Shown here one piece after another: positions 17,026 to 24,526 of a stretch of DNA of 27,630 bases. A model generated the notes under the pieces. The model ran no database searches. It was not told the origin of the DNA and saw only the letters and a program-made list of their open reading frames with translations. Where the stretch lies: positions 1 through 27,630 of the IMG/VR virus record IMGVR_UViG_3300038674_000867; one strand, written 5' to 3'. Both the position numbers and the translations under genes were made by a program. This stretch comes from a virus (Duplodnaviria > Caudoviricetes). How positions within the stretch are numbered: position 1 is the first letter of the stretch; every line of letters begins with the position of its first letter.

Positions 17026-17044
17026 AGTTATTTATTTGAGTTGA

Positions 17045-17950
17045 TTATACAGCCGCACTAACAATAGCCCCAATAGCCTCGTTTACCGATGGCAACGCAA
17101 CGAAGTAGTTGCGGAAATTAATGAGGTTTTGTTGGGTTTGCGGGTCGGTTTTAGCTTCCGAATAATACATTTTAGTCTTACCGGTAGCTTTACGCGCCAA
17201 TTGTGGAGTAAACACTACCGAAGCCATACGAGCATCAGTACTTGGCAATGCTCCAAAAGACAATTTATTCAATGTTTTCGCATCGAAATAAGGGTTAGCG
17301 ATATACGATCGGATTTCAAAACCAAGTTGACCTTGTACCACACCTGTGCGCCAATCGGTAAGAACCTTGAATAAATCTTTATCTTCCAATAAAAGGTCAT
17401 TCACATGGTCGGGACATAAAACAATACGCATACCCTCAACATCAATTTCAGCGGCGGCATATTTTTCGCGCAAAGTGATAATATCTTCCCAAACCAAGCG
17501 TTTGCGTTTGCCATCAGGGGTAACCTTTCCGGTAGTAACGATAACCGGCGTTTTAGCAGTATTGCTATTAGGCGCAAGTGCGTGAGCCGCTTTTTTCAAT
17601 CGCCAACGAACAATTGCATCAGCGTGCGAGTCTTTTACCTCTTTGATCGTGTCGTACGCCAACGCATACAACTCATCGTCGGTAATAGGAGTTACTTTGG
17701 TTTGATACTTATCCAACACAATAGGCACATTTGTACCTTTAAGTTCTTGCATCGGAATAGGGTAAGTGGTGTTGTTAATCAACACATCGGGTTCTACGCC
17801 AAAGAAAGTGGAGTTAATTACTTGCGTTTCGTCATCGCCGGTTACATACTGCGATTTGTCGGGAATACCGTCCAAAAACGAATCTTTGATAGCCGAATTA
17901 GTTCTTTTGATAACCTCATTCGTCCATACTTCTCTATAAACTGTAGCCAT
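17045..17950 (-). CDS. Major capsid protein
   Basis: 301 aa after the protease/scaffold gene and followed by a terminator; REVWTNEVIK, PDVLINNTTYPI, LDKYQTK motifs of Bacteroidota Mu-like capsids. Confidence 0.8.
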   Translation of the reverse strand: MATVYREVWTNEVIKRTNSAIKDSFLDGIPDKSQYVTGDDETQVINSTFFGVEPDVLINNTTYPIPMQELKGTNVPIVLDKYQTKVTPITDDELYALAYDTIKEVKDSHADAIVRWRLKKAAHALAPNSNTAKTPVIVTTGKVTPDGKRKRLVWEDIITLREKYAAAEIDVEGMRIVLCPDHVNDLLLEDKDLFKVLTDWRTGVVQGQLGFEIRSYIANPYFDAKTLNKLSFGALPSTDARMASVVFTPQLARKATGKTKMYYSEAKTDPQTQQNLINFRNYFVALPSVNEAIGAIVSAAV

Positions 17951-17985
17951 TTTATAAATGATTAAAAATTAATAATTCCGATTAT

Positions 17986-18465
17986 TTATGCCGGATTGCT
18001 GCCGTATTTAGCTTTGTACAATTCGGCAAATTGGGTAGGATTCTCCACTTGCATTTTTTCCAATGCTTTCACATCGTTTTTTTGATAGTAATCCCAATCT
18101 TTGGTTGTACTTTCGCCGCCTTGCGCATCCGGCTTAATCATTTGAGCAATAGGCGTAGGAGTACCCAAACCGCCTAACGCAGTCGCCAACGCATCAATAC
18201 CTGCCGTTTGTCCGATTTTTTCGTAAGTAGCTCGGATGTCCTCTACTTTTTGCCCATTGGTAGCAACAAACTTGTTTGCAGCCTGTGCTTGGTCGAGCAA
18301 TGCTTTAATTTGATTTTCGGTTTTGGCTTTCGCTTCGGCTTCGAGGCGGTCGGCTGTATCTGTAACCGTTTTGAATTTCGCTTGCAATGCAGCAAGCACG
18401 ACAGAATCTTCACTTTCTGCCGTTACGCCTTGCAAAGCAAAGGCGGCAATCAATAAATTCTTCAT
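17986..18465 (-). CDS. Probable internally initiated scaffolding protein (159 aa)
   Basis: In-frame ATG at 18465 (MKNLLIAAFALQG...) preceded by an A/T-rich linker ...AACCAAAATTCAAAATTAACA-ATG. Confidence 0.6.
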   Translation of the reverse strand: MKNLLIAAFALQGVTAESEDSVVLAALQAKFKTVTDTADRLEAEAKAKTENQIKALLDQAQAANKFVATNGQKVEDIRATYEKIGQTAGIDALATALGGLGTPTPIAQMIKPDAQGGESTTKDWDYYQKNDVKALEKMQVENPTQFAELYKAKYGSNPA

Positions 18466-19116
18466 TGTTAATTTTGAATTTTGGTTAATATTATTGTTAT
18501 CCAAACAAGCCGAAAAACGGTTGTAGATTGCTTCTACTCCCAAATTTTCGACAGCGTTTATATCTAAGTTTTTGATGTTTTTTGCCGTTGCCGGAACTAC
18601 CTTTTTGGCAATTCCATAGCGTACCATTTCATCAGCATTAAGCCAATGGTCTTTACCATCAAACCACATTGCTGTTACTCCTTCGGCTGTTAGGTTGGTG
18701 CGTTCGGTAAGGCGTTTAATAAAAGAGCCTTCCATATCGCGCAATAGTTTAGCTGTTTGCAAATGTGCATCGGCATCGCCACCCTCAATGCATGAGGGGC
18801 GGTGAATCATCCCGAAAGCATTATCGGCAATAAAAACATTCTCAATAGCCGGTAAAATGAAACAACCCATACTTGCCGCTACACCATCAATGATTATATT
18901 GATTTTCAATTTAGTGCGTTGCATAGCATTATACATGGCAGTACCCTCTAATACGCTGCCACCGTAGCAGTGCATGCGAATAGTCAACTCTTCGTATTTG
19001 TTCGCTTCTACCATATCCAACAATTCGGTAAAACTGTCGCCATTGGCGTACCAACTACCAATGTTGCCGTATAGTTTGGCTTCGGCGTGTTTCTTATTTA
19101 TTTCTTTAAAAAGCAT
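17986..19116 (-). CDS. ClpP-like head maturation protease with C-terminal scaffold
   Basis: HCYGGSV, IDGVAASMG (catalytic Ser), MIHRP (His), DHWLNADEMVRYGIA. Confidence 0.88.
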   Translation of the reverse strand: MLFKEINKKHAEAKLYGNIGSWYANGDSFTELLDMVEANKYEELTIRMHCYGGSVLEGTAMYNAMQRTKLKINIIIDGVAASMGCFILPAIENVFIADNAFGMIHRPSCIEGGDADAHLQTAKLLRDMEGSFIKRLTERTNLTAEGVTAMWFDGKDHWLNADEMVRYGIAKKVVPATAKNIKNLDINAVENLGVEAIYNRFSACLDNNNINQNSKLTMKNLLIAAFALQGVTAESEDSVVLAALQAKFKTVTDTADRLEAEAKAKTENQIKALLDQAQAANKFVATNGQKVEDIRATYEKIGQTAGIDALATALGGLGTPTPIAQMIKPDAQGGESTTKDWDYYQKNDVKALEKMQVENPTQFAELYKAKYGSNPA

Positions 19117-19138
19117 ATTTCGCGATTGAATTTCGATG

Positions 19139-19170
19139 CAAATCTAAAAGGCGAAACACACGCTTGCAAA
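19139..19170 (-). promoter_or_regulatory. Bacteroidota sigmaA-type promoter for the leftward head/tail operon
   Basis: Minus strand TTTG(19170-67)-N20-TAGATTTG(19146-39). Confidence 0.7.
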
Positions 19171-19175
19171 CCCTT

Positions 19176-19234
19176 ATTAAAGCGACTTTAAAGAATATTA
19201 AAGCCGTTTTACAGAATCGTAAAACGGCTTTAAT
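19176..19234. repeat. Operator-like direct plus inverted repeats in the divergent late promoter region
   Basis: ATTAAAGCGACTTTAAAGAAT (19176-96) and ATTAAAGCCGTTTTACAGAAT (19197-217) in tandem; 16-bp perfect inverted repeat 19197-212/19219-234. Confidence 0.7.
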
Positions 19235-19291
19235 GCACCCACCAATCAACCCCTCTTTATTGAATAATATTGCAGAAAATTATAGTTGAAA

Positions 19292-19771
19292 ATGGCAAAA
19301 AAAGCAGATGAAAAAGTCAAAAAAGAAGTAACACCGGCAGAAACAAATTATGCCGAAATGCTTTATGTCGAAAAAGGCTTAACTCCACAAGCAATAGCTG
19401 ACGAATTAGGGCGAAACATCAAGACAATATACGCTTGGCGTGATAAATACAATTGGGATACAACAAAAGATTTATTCACATCAAGTCCCACAGAATTAAA
19501 AAAGATTCTGTTACAAGAAGCCGTTCGTATAGCTAAAGGTGAAGCCCGGAAAGATGCAGACGGCAATGATATAAAAGGCATTGATGCAGATTCATTAAGC
19601 AAGGTAATGAAAGCTTATGATTACATGAATAGTAAGCTTTCTATTGAAGTTGTTCGCGATGTCTTAATAAAGCGTGATTATTGGATGGCAGGTATTGACC
19701 CAAAAAGAGCTGCCGAAGACACTAAATTCAATCGTATGTTTTTACAAGAACTAATAAGTACAGAGCTATAA
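19292..19771 (+). CDS. Terminase small subunit-like HTH protein (DUF1804/gpP-N-like)
   Basis: AEMLYVEKGLTPQAIADELGRNIKTIYAWRDKYNW HTH; directly upstream of TerL. ATG at 19292 preferred over TTG at 19286. Confidence 0.8.
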   Translation: MAKKADEKVKKEVTPAETNYAEMLYVEKGLTPQAIADELGRNIKTIYAWRDKYNWDTTKDLFTSSPTELKKILLQEAVRIAKGEARKDADGNDIKGIDADSLSKVMKAYDYMNSKLSIEVVRDVLIKRDYWMAGIDPKRAAEDTKFNRMFLQELISTEL

Positions 19772-21342
19772 TGGCAAGTAACGATGCTAAATATATCAAA
19801 TTACTGTCTGATTACGACAAACATTGTATTCGTATCTCACAGGCAACCTCTATCAACATCAACGAAAAGCATGCTGATAAGCTAAAACGCATTGCCGAAT
19901 TTGAAAAGGAATATGTTACTTGGTTTGAATACTATTTCCCTAATTATGCGAAAAAGAAATGTGCTTGGTTTCATAAAAAAATGGCAAATGCCATTATTAA
20001 AAACAAACAAGTAAAAGCACTTTTTGAAGCATACCGTTCATCCGGTAAATCGGTGCATATAGATATGGGTATTCCTTTGTACTTATACCTTGCTAAAAAC
20101 GATTTAAGATTCATGCTTTTAGTTGGTAAAACAGAACCAAAAGCAAAAGCACTTTTATCGGGCATTCAAGCTCAATTACAATATAATCACAGGTTAAAAA
20201 ACGATTACGGCAACAAGTTTCAGCAAGGAGATTGGTCGGATGGAAATTTTATGACTTCTGACGGTGTGCGCTTTATGTCATTAGGATTTGGGCAAGACCC
20301 TCGCGGCGCACGCGAACAAGCAGAACGCCCCGATTATATCGCTGTCGATGATGTGGATAGTAAGAAACATCTAAAAAACAACGATTTAATGTCGGAAGCC
20401 ATTGATTTTATCACAGAAGATATTTGGGGTTGTTTTGATTCCGATGATGATGCAACCGAACGATTTGTTTATGCAAACAACAACTTTCATAAGAACTCCA
20501 TAACCAACCGTTTAAAAGAGTTTATTCTACAAAAAATAAAGGAAGCAAAAGAAGCGCAAGAATCACATGTGTTTTTTCATTTGAGAGTTGATGCAGTTAA
20601 AGACATAAACACTTTTGAACCTAATTGGGTAGAAAAAACAAGTGCGGGATATTGGAAAAAGAAATTTAAAAGTATGCCCTACCGTTCTTTTATGCGCGAA
20701 TTTATGAATACGCACATTGAAGAAGGTAAAGTTTTTAAAGCCGAATGGTTACAATACACTAAAATATTACCATATCACAAATATGATGCTATTTGTTTTT
20801 ATGGCGACTTATCGTGGAAAGACGAAGCTTGCCACAAATCAATTGTTGCATTAGGGAAAATCAAACGACAATTTCACATTTTGCACATCTTTTTTCGTCA
20901 AACAACCCGCACGCAGGTTGCAAAATGGCTATATGATATTTATGAAGATAAACGGCTTGATAAGTTCGACAATATAGCATACAAATTTGAGGGATTGTTT
21001 GCAATGAGTGAATTTGTGAATGACTTTGATAGTGAGGGCGATGAAAGGAATTATTATATTCCTATAATACCAAGCAAAGCGCGTAAGGGCGATAAAGACG
21101 ACCGTATTGAGGGAATAAGCGATTTTTTTGAGCGGCTCAATGTGTTTTGGAATATAGACGAAAAAGATAATGCCGACCAAGTTTTAGCAAGAGAAACTTA
21201 TTTAGATTTTCAAAAAGGGGCAAAAATACCAAAGGACTTCTTAGATGCTTTACATGGTGCATTTACAGATGTTAATGCTGTGACCTTTGTAGCCACTTTT
21301 GAAATAAAAACGACACCACGAACAAACAAATATAGATTTTAG
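19771..21342 (+). CDS. terL: Terminase large subunit
   Basis: Walker A RSSGKS, GQDPRG, Walker B RPDYIAVDDVD, REFMN, nuclease motifs YGDLS and DFLDALHG. Confidence 0.9.
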   Translation: MASNDAKYIKLLSDYDKHCIRISQATSININEKHADKLKRIAEFEKEYVTWFEYYFPNYAKKKCAWFHKKMANAIIKNKQVKALFEAYRSSGKSVHIDMGIPLYLYLAKNDLRFMLLVGKTEPKAKALLSGIQAQLQYNHRLKNDYGNKFQQGDWSDGNFMTSDGVRFMSLGFGQDPRGAREQAERPDYIAVDDVDSKKHLKNNDLMSEAIDFITEDIWGCFDSDDDATERFVYANNNFHKNSITNRLKEFILQKIKEAKEAQESHVFFHLRVDAVKDINTFEPNWVEKTSAGYWKKKFKSMPYRSFMREFMNTHIEEGKVFKAEWLQYTKILPYHKYDAICFYGDLSWKDEACHKSIVALGKIKRQFHILHIFFRQTTRTQVAKWLYDIYEDKRLDKFDNIAYKFEGLFAMSEFVNDFDSEGDERNYYIPIIPSKARKGDKDDRIEGISDFFERLNVFWNIDEKDNADQVLARETYLDFQKGAKIPKDFLDALHGAFTDVNAVTFVATFEIKTTPRTNKYRF

Positions 21343-21344
21343 CT

Positions 21345-21812
21345 ATGAGATTTATTCAAGAAAGCGATTATGCCATGCAGATTAAACAAGAAATTGTGCG
21401 ATTGCTTACCGATACAGAATTTTACATCTGCGCCAAGTTAATACGCGCAGAAAATACAGCCATTGCCCAAATACGCAATCGCATTGGTAAACGCTACAAC
21501 TGTAATCAAATATTCACACCCTTATTGCCACCTGCCAAAGGGAATAATAACGGTGAACAAGTAGATACACGCGACCAATGGATTGTAACCATTACAATAG
21601 ACATAGCCCTATACCACTTGTATAGTCAAACGGGAACGAAAGATATACCCGAACACAGGCAGCAACGCTACCAAGATGCGATTGATTGGCTCAAAGATGT
21701 AGGTAACGGCACAACGCCCACCGAGTTGCCACCGGTAGTAAATGAAACTACCGGCGAGCAATACAGCGAATTTCGGTTTAATAGCCGACAACCGGAAAAT
21801 CATAAATGGTAA
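21345..21812 (+). CDS. Head-tail adaptor (Mu gp36/DUF1320-like)
   Basis: DIALYHLY...IPEHRQQRYQDAIDWLKDVGNG motif. Confidence 0.85.
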   Translation: MRFIQESDYAMQIKQEIVRLLTDTEFYICAKLIRAENTAIAQIRNRIGKRYNCNQIFTPLLPPAKGNNNGEQVDTRDQWIVTITIDIALYHLYSQTGTKDIPEHRQQRYQDAIDWLKDVGNGTTPTELPPVVNETTGEQYSEFRFNSRQPENHKW

Positions 21813-21814
21813 AA

Positions 21815-21961
21815 CTAAACATCTTGTTTTTTCAGAATGTTGAAAAGCATGAATAAAAAGCCAAATGCAAAATTATTTATCAAAGAAATTAAACCACTTT
21901 GAGTAAAAAGAATTAATGCAATAAATAAAGCTATCAATAGCCATAAAAAGATATTTTTCAT
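21815..21961 (-). CDS. Small antisense-oriented membrane protein (48 aa), possible moron
   Basis: ATG at 21961: MKNIFLWLLIALFIALILFTQSGLISLINNFAFGFLFMLFNILKKQDV; two hydrophobic segments in very AT-rich DNA between gp36 and portal. Confidence 0.5.
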   Translation of the reverse strand: MKNIFLWLLIALFIALILFTQSGLISLINNFAFGFLFMLFNILKKQDV

Positions 21962-22019
21962 AAAAGATTTTATTCTATAAAAAATAGAATAAAAAAAAGA
22001 ACAATAAATATTAAGCCTG

Positions 22020-23210
22020 ATGACCCTTAGAGATATTTTTAGACCACGAGCCGAAACCAAACCACAAGAGGCGGCTACAAGTGATATAGTATTGAAACTT
22101 CAACAAGAATTTCAAGACCGTAACCGTAAGGATATACAAAAGTGGCGGCAGTCCATCACGGCTGCCGAAAATCCCGAAGACCCGCGTTGGTTTTTGTTGC
22201 AAGATTTGATTGATGATATTTCGCTTGATGCTCATTTATCATCGGTTAAAGATGTGCGAAAAGCTGCTACGCTGAACCATCGGTTTTATGTAACAGACCG
22301 TAAAACAGGTGCAAAATTTGACGAACAAACCGACTTTTTAAACAATAAGTGGTTTTACGATTTTTTAGATGCAGCATTGGAAGCCATTAATCGGAAGTAT
22401 AGCGTTTTGCAGTTTTTCCGTGTTGGCGATGATGTACGCTTCGATATTATTCCACATCGTAATGTTTGCCCACAAAAAAAGCGTATTTATTTGGAAGTTT
22501 CCGGCTCTACCTTTATCAATTATGCCGAACTGCCTAATGTGATAGAAATTAACCACAGTAGTAAGTTCGGATTAATTAATGATGTTGCACCAAATGTGAT
22601 TTGGAAACGCAACTTAATACAAGCGAATGCCGAATTTTCAGAGCGTTTCGGTATGCCTTTAATTACAGCAACTACATCGAACAAACAAGATGTAGATAGG
22701 ATAGATAAAGCCCTTAAGAATTTAGGCGAAGCCGGTACAGGCGTGCTGCCTACCGGTACGGATATACAGGTACACGCATTAGCCAATGCGGGTAACCCCG
22801 AAAAAGTGTATTTAGAGCCTGCCAAATTCCACGATGAGCAAGTAAGTAAACGCTTTCTTGGCAGTACAACTATGACAGACGAGGGCGCAAATAGAGCGCA
22901 AACCGAAGTACACCAAGCAACGCTTGATGATAAAATTTCATTGGCAGACAAACGAATGATAATGTTTGCGGTAACAAAAGACTTATTTCCATTGTTGCAA
23001 AGTCTTGGTTTCCCTTTTGATAATACAAAAATGGGCTTCCAATTTGACGAAACCGAAGATTTAACCCTTACCGAACAGTGGAAAATTACCAGCGAAGCAC
23101 TAAACAACTACGATTTAGATGAGCAAGAAATTGCCAAAACATTCAATTTACCTATTACAGGCAAAAAAGAGTATAATCCGCTTGGTGGTTTTTCGGGAAA
23201 TTTTCAGTAA
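22020..23210 (+). CDS. Portal protein (Mu gp29/DUF935-like)
   Basis: LDAHLSSV...R, FSERFGMP, SKRFLGSTTMTDEGANRAQTEVH motifs. Confidence 0.9.
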   Translation: MTLRDIFRPRAETKPQEAATSDIVLKLQQEFQDRNRKDIQKWRQSITAAENPEDPRWFLLQDLIDDISLDAHLSSVKDVRKAATLNHRFYVTDRKTGAKFDEQTDFLNNKWFYDFLDAALEAINRKYSVLQFFRVGDDVRFDIIPHRNVCPQKKRIYLEVSGSTFINYAELPNVIEINHSSKFGLINDVAPNVIWKRNLIQANAEFSERFGMPLITATTSNKQDVDRIDKALKNLGEAGTGVLPTGTDIQVHALANAGNPEKVYLEPAKFHDEQVSKRFLGSTTMTDEGANRAQTEVHQATLDDKISLADKRMIMFAVTKDLFPLLQSLGFPFDNTKMGFQFDETEDLTLTEQWKITSEALNNYDLDEQEIAKTFNLPITGKKEYNPLGGFSGNFQ

Positions 23211-23244
23211 GGGAGAAAGCAAAGGCGAAACTTACTCCCTTACT
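23195..23244 (+). promoter_or_regulatory. Candidate -1 ribosomal frameshift signal joining portal to MuF
   Basis: G GGA AAT and A AAT TTT, both in X XXY YYZ phase, followed by the AGTAAGGGAG(23206-15)/CTCCCTTACT(23235-44) stem. Confidence 0.65.
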
Positions 23245-24073
23245 ATACGCCGATATTTGTCCGCGTTGCGCAAGCAATCACGCCGTTGCATTGGACGAAT
23301 TGCCGCCTGAGTATATCAACTTATTAGATAAAGAAACACAACGATTGCTAAACGATGTGTACACAGGGAAAGTGCAAAAAACAGATGCCGAATTATTACA
23401 ACTAATTGCTGATAGTTTCAACGAAAAAGTAAATAAGGCATTTACAGCAAAAGCAAATTACACTACGCCTGATACTGAAATGTTAGATAGGCTTACTCGT
23501 AATGTTTGGCATTTTAGCGGTGCAAAAAATTATCACAATTTGCGTGATTTGACTTTAGCGTTGAAAGATGACAGTGGAAAATTGCGCGAATTTTCTGAGT
23601 GGAAAGATGAGGCATTGAAAATATGTAATACATACAATGTAAAGTGGATGAAAACCGAGTACGATATGGCTATTACAAGCGCACAAAACGCGGCTCGGTG
23701 GGTTGATTTCAAAAAGGAAGCACATATTATACCGCTACTTCAATACCAAACTGTTGGCGATAGTAGTGTGCGAGATAGCCATAGGGTATTAGATGGCATA
23801 ACGAAGCATATTGATGACGCCTTTTGGCGCACACATTACCCCCCAAATGGCTACGGTTGCCGGTGCGAAGCTATACAGTCTGTTGGCGACACAGCAACGC
23901 CCGACCAAGCAACGCCCGAAGTAAATATTCCAATGATGTTCCGCACCAATTTGGCAGACACGGGGCTTATATTTCCATCGAAACACCCATTTTTCAATGG
24001 CATTCCAGATGATGTGCGAAAATCATATAGTAAACAAGTTAATCGACATATTGACCGCATTTGGACGGATTGA
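23201..24073 (+). CDS. MuF (Mu gp30/SPP1 gp7-like) minor head protein, probably entered by frameshift from portal (ORF track uses TTG at 23291)
   Basis: LQYQTVGDSSVRDSHRVLDG...FWRTHYPPNGYGCRC MuF signature. The frame is open from 23177 with no ATG before the TTG at 23291. Confidence 0.85.
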   Translation, partial: FSVREKAKAKLTPLLYADICPRCASNHAVALDELPPEYINLLDKETQRLLNDVYTGKVQKTDAELLQLIADSFNEKVNKAFTAKANYTTPDTEMLDRLTRNVWHFSGAKNYHNLRDLTLALKDDSGKLREFSEWKDEALKICNTYNVKWMKTEYDMAITSAQNAARWVDFKKEAHIIPLLQYQTVGDSSVRDSHRVLDGITKHIDDAFWRTHYPPNGYGCRCEAIQSVGDTATPDQATPEVNIPMMFRTNLADTGLIFPSKHPFFNGIPDDVRKSYSKQVNRHIDRIWTD

Positions 24074-24418
24074 ATAAGCAAGCATATACCGGAGGGCGAC
24101 CACAAAAAAGAATTGGCTAATATCAATACCGGAACTTTAATTGTTTCTCGTAAATCGGCAAAAAACATACTATCTCACTTAGCAGATGCAGACAATAAAC
24201 ATTTGGTTAATCGTCTTTTTAATCATCTTGATAAGTTGAATTTCATAGAGCCTAAGGAATTGGATAAATTAAAAGATAACTATGTAAAAAAACGCAACAG
24301 GGGTGTTACTGGTTATAACTTATATTCGATAGAATTAGAGGGCAAAACTTGGCTTGTAAATACGGAAGTAATCAATGAATGTGAAGAAAAGCTTTATGCT
24401 TTTAGTATTAATCCATAA
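24074..24418 (+). CDS. In-frame C-terminal extension of MuF behind a single UGA; possible BECR/LPD-type nuclease-toxin domain (readthrough or nonsense-disrupted)
   Basis: Same frame as MuF: ...IWTD*ISKHIPEGDHKKELANINTGTLIVSRKSAKNILSH...GYNLYSIELEGKTWLVNTE...KLYAFS; there is no ATG start. Confidence 0.55.
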   Translation: MSKHIPEGDHKKELANINTGTLIVSRKSAKNILSHLADADNKHLVNRLFNHLDKLNFIEPKELDKLKDNYVKKRNRGVTGYNLYSIELEGKTWLVNTEVINECEEKLYAFSINP

Positions 24419-24490
24419 AAAAAGAGTACCGAAAACATGTCGACCAGCTCATCGCCCGGCTCTGATTTACATCGGTACTCAATTAATTTG
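24417..24490 (-). ncRNA. Candidate ~70-nt small RNA convergent on the MuF extension
   Basis: GAGTACCGA/TCGGTACTC closing stem (24472-80/24424-32) followed by T7 on the minus strand, immediately downstream of a consensus promoter. Confidence 0.5.
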
Positions 24491-24494
24491 AATA

Positions 24495-24526
24495 CAAAGA
24501 TATAAATTTTTTAAAAACAAAACAAA
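24495..24526 (-). promoter_or_regulatory. Bacteroidota sigmaA-type promoter, antisense to the operon
   Basis: Minus strand TTTG(24526-23)-N20-TATCTTTG(24502-495). Confidence 0.65.

Noticed and set aside
21962-22060. N-terminal part of the 81-aa minus ORF
   Set aside because: It uses a non-ATG start overlapping the portal 5' end; ATG at 21961 is more plausible.
22520-23107. 195-aa antisense ORF and the other shadow ORFs in the track (e.g. 16521..17006, 25651..26025, 26210..26620)
   Set aside because: They lie mostly or wholly opposite, or out of frame within, well-supported phage genes, and have atypical composition and no motifs.
23119-23310. 63-aa + strand ORF spanning the portal/MuF junction
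   Set aside because: It lies in the +1 frame overlapping two better-supported frames and has no recognisable features.
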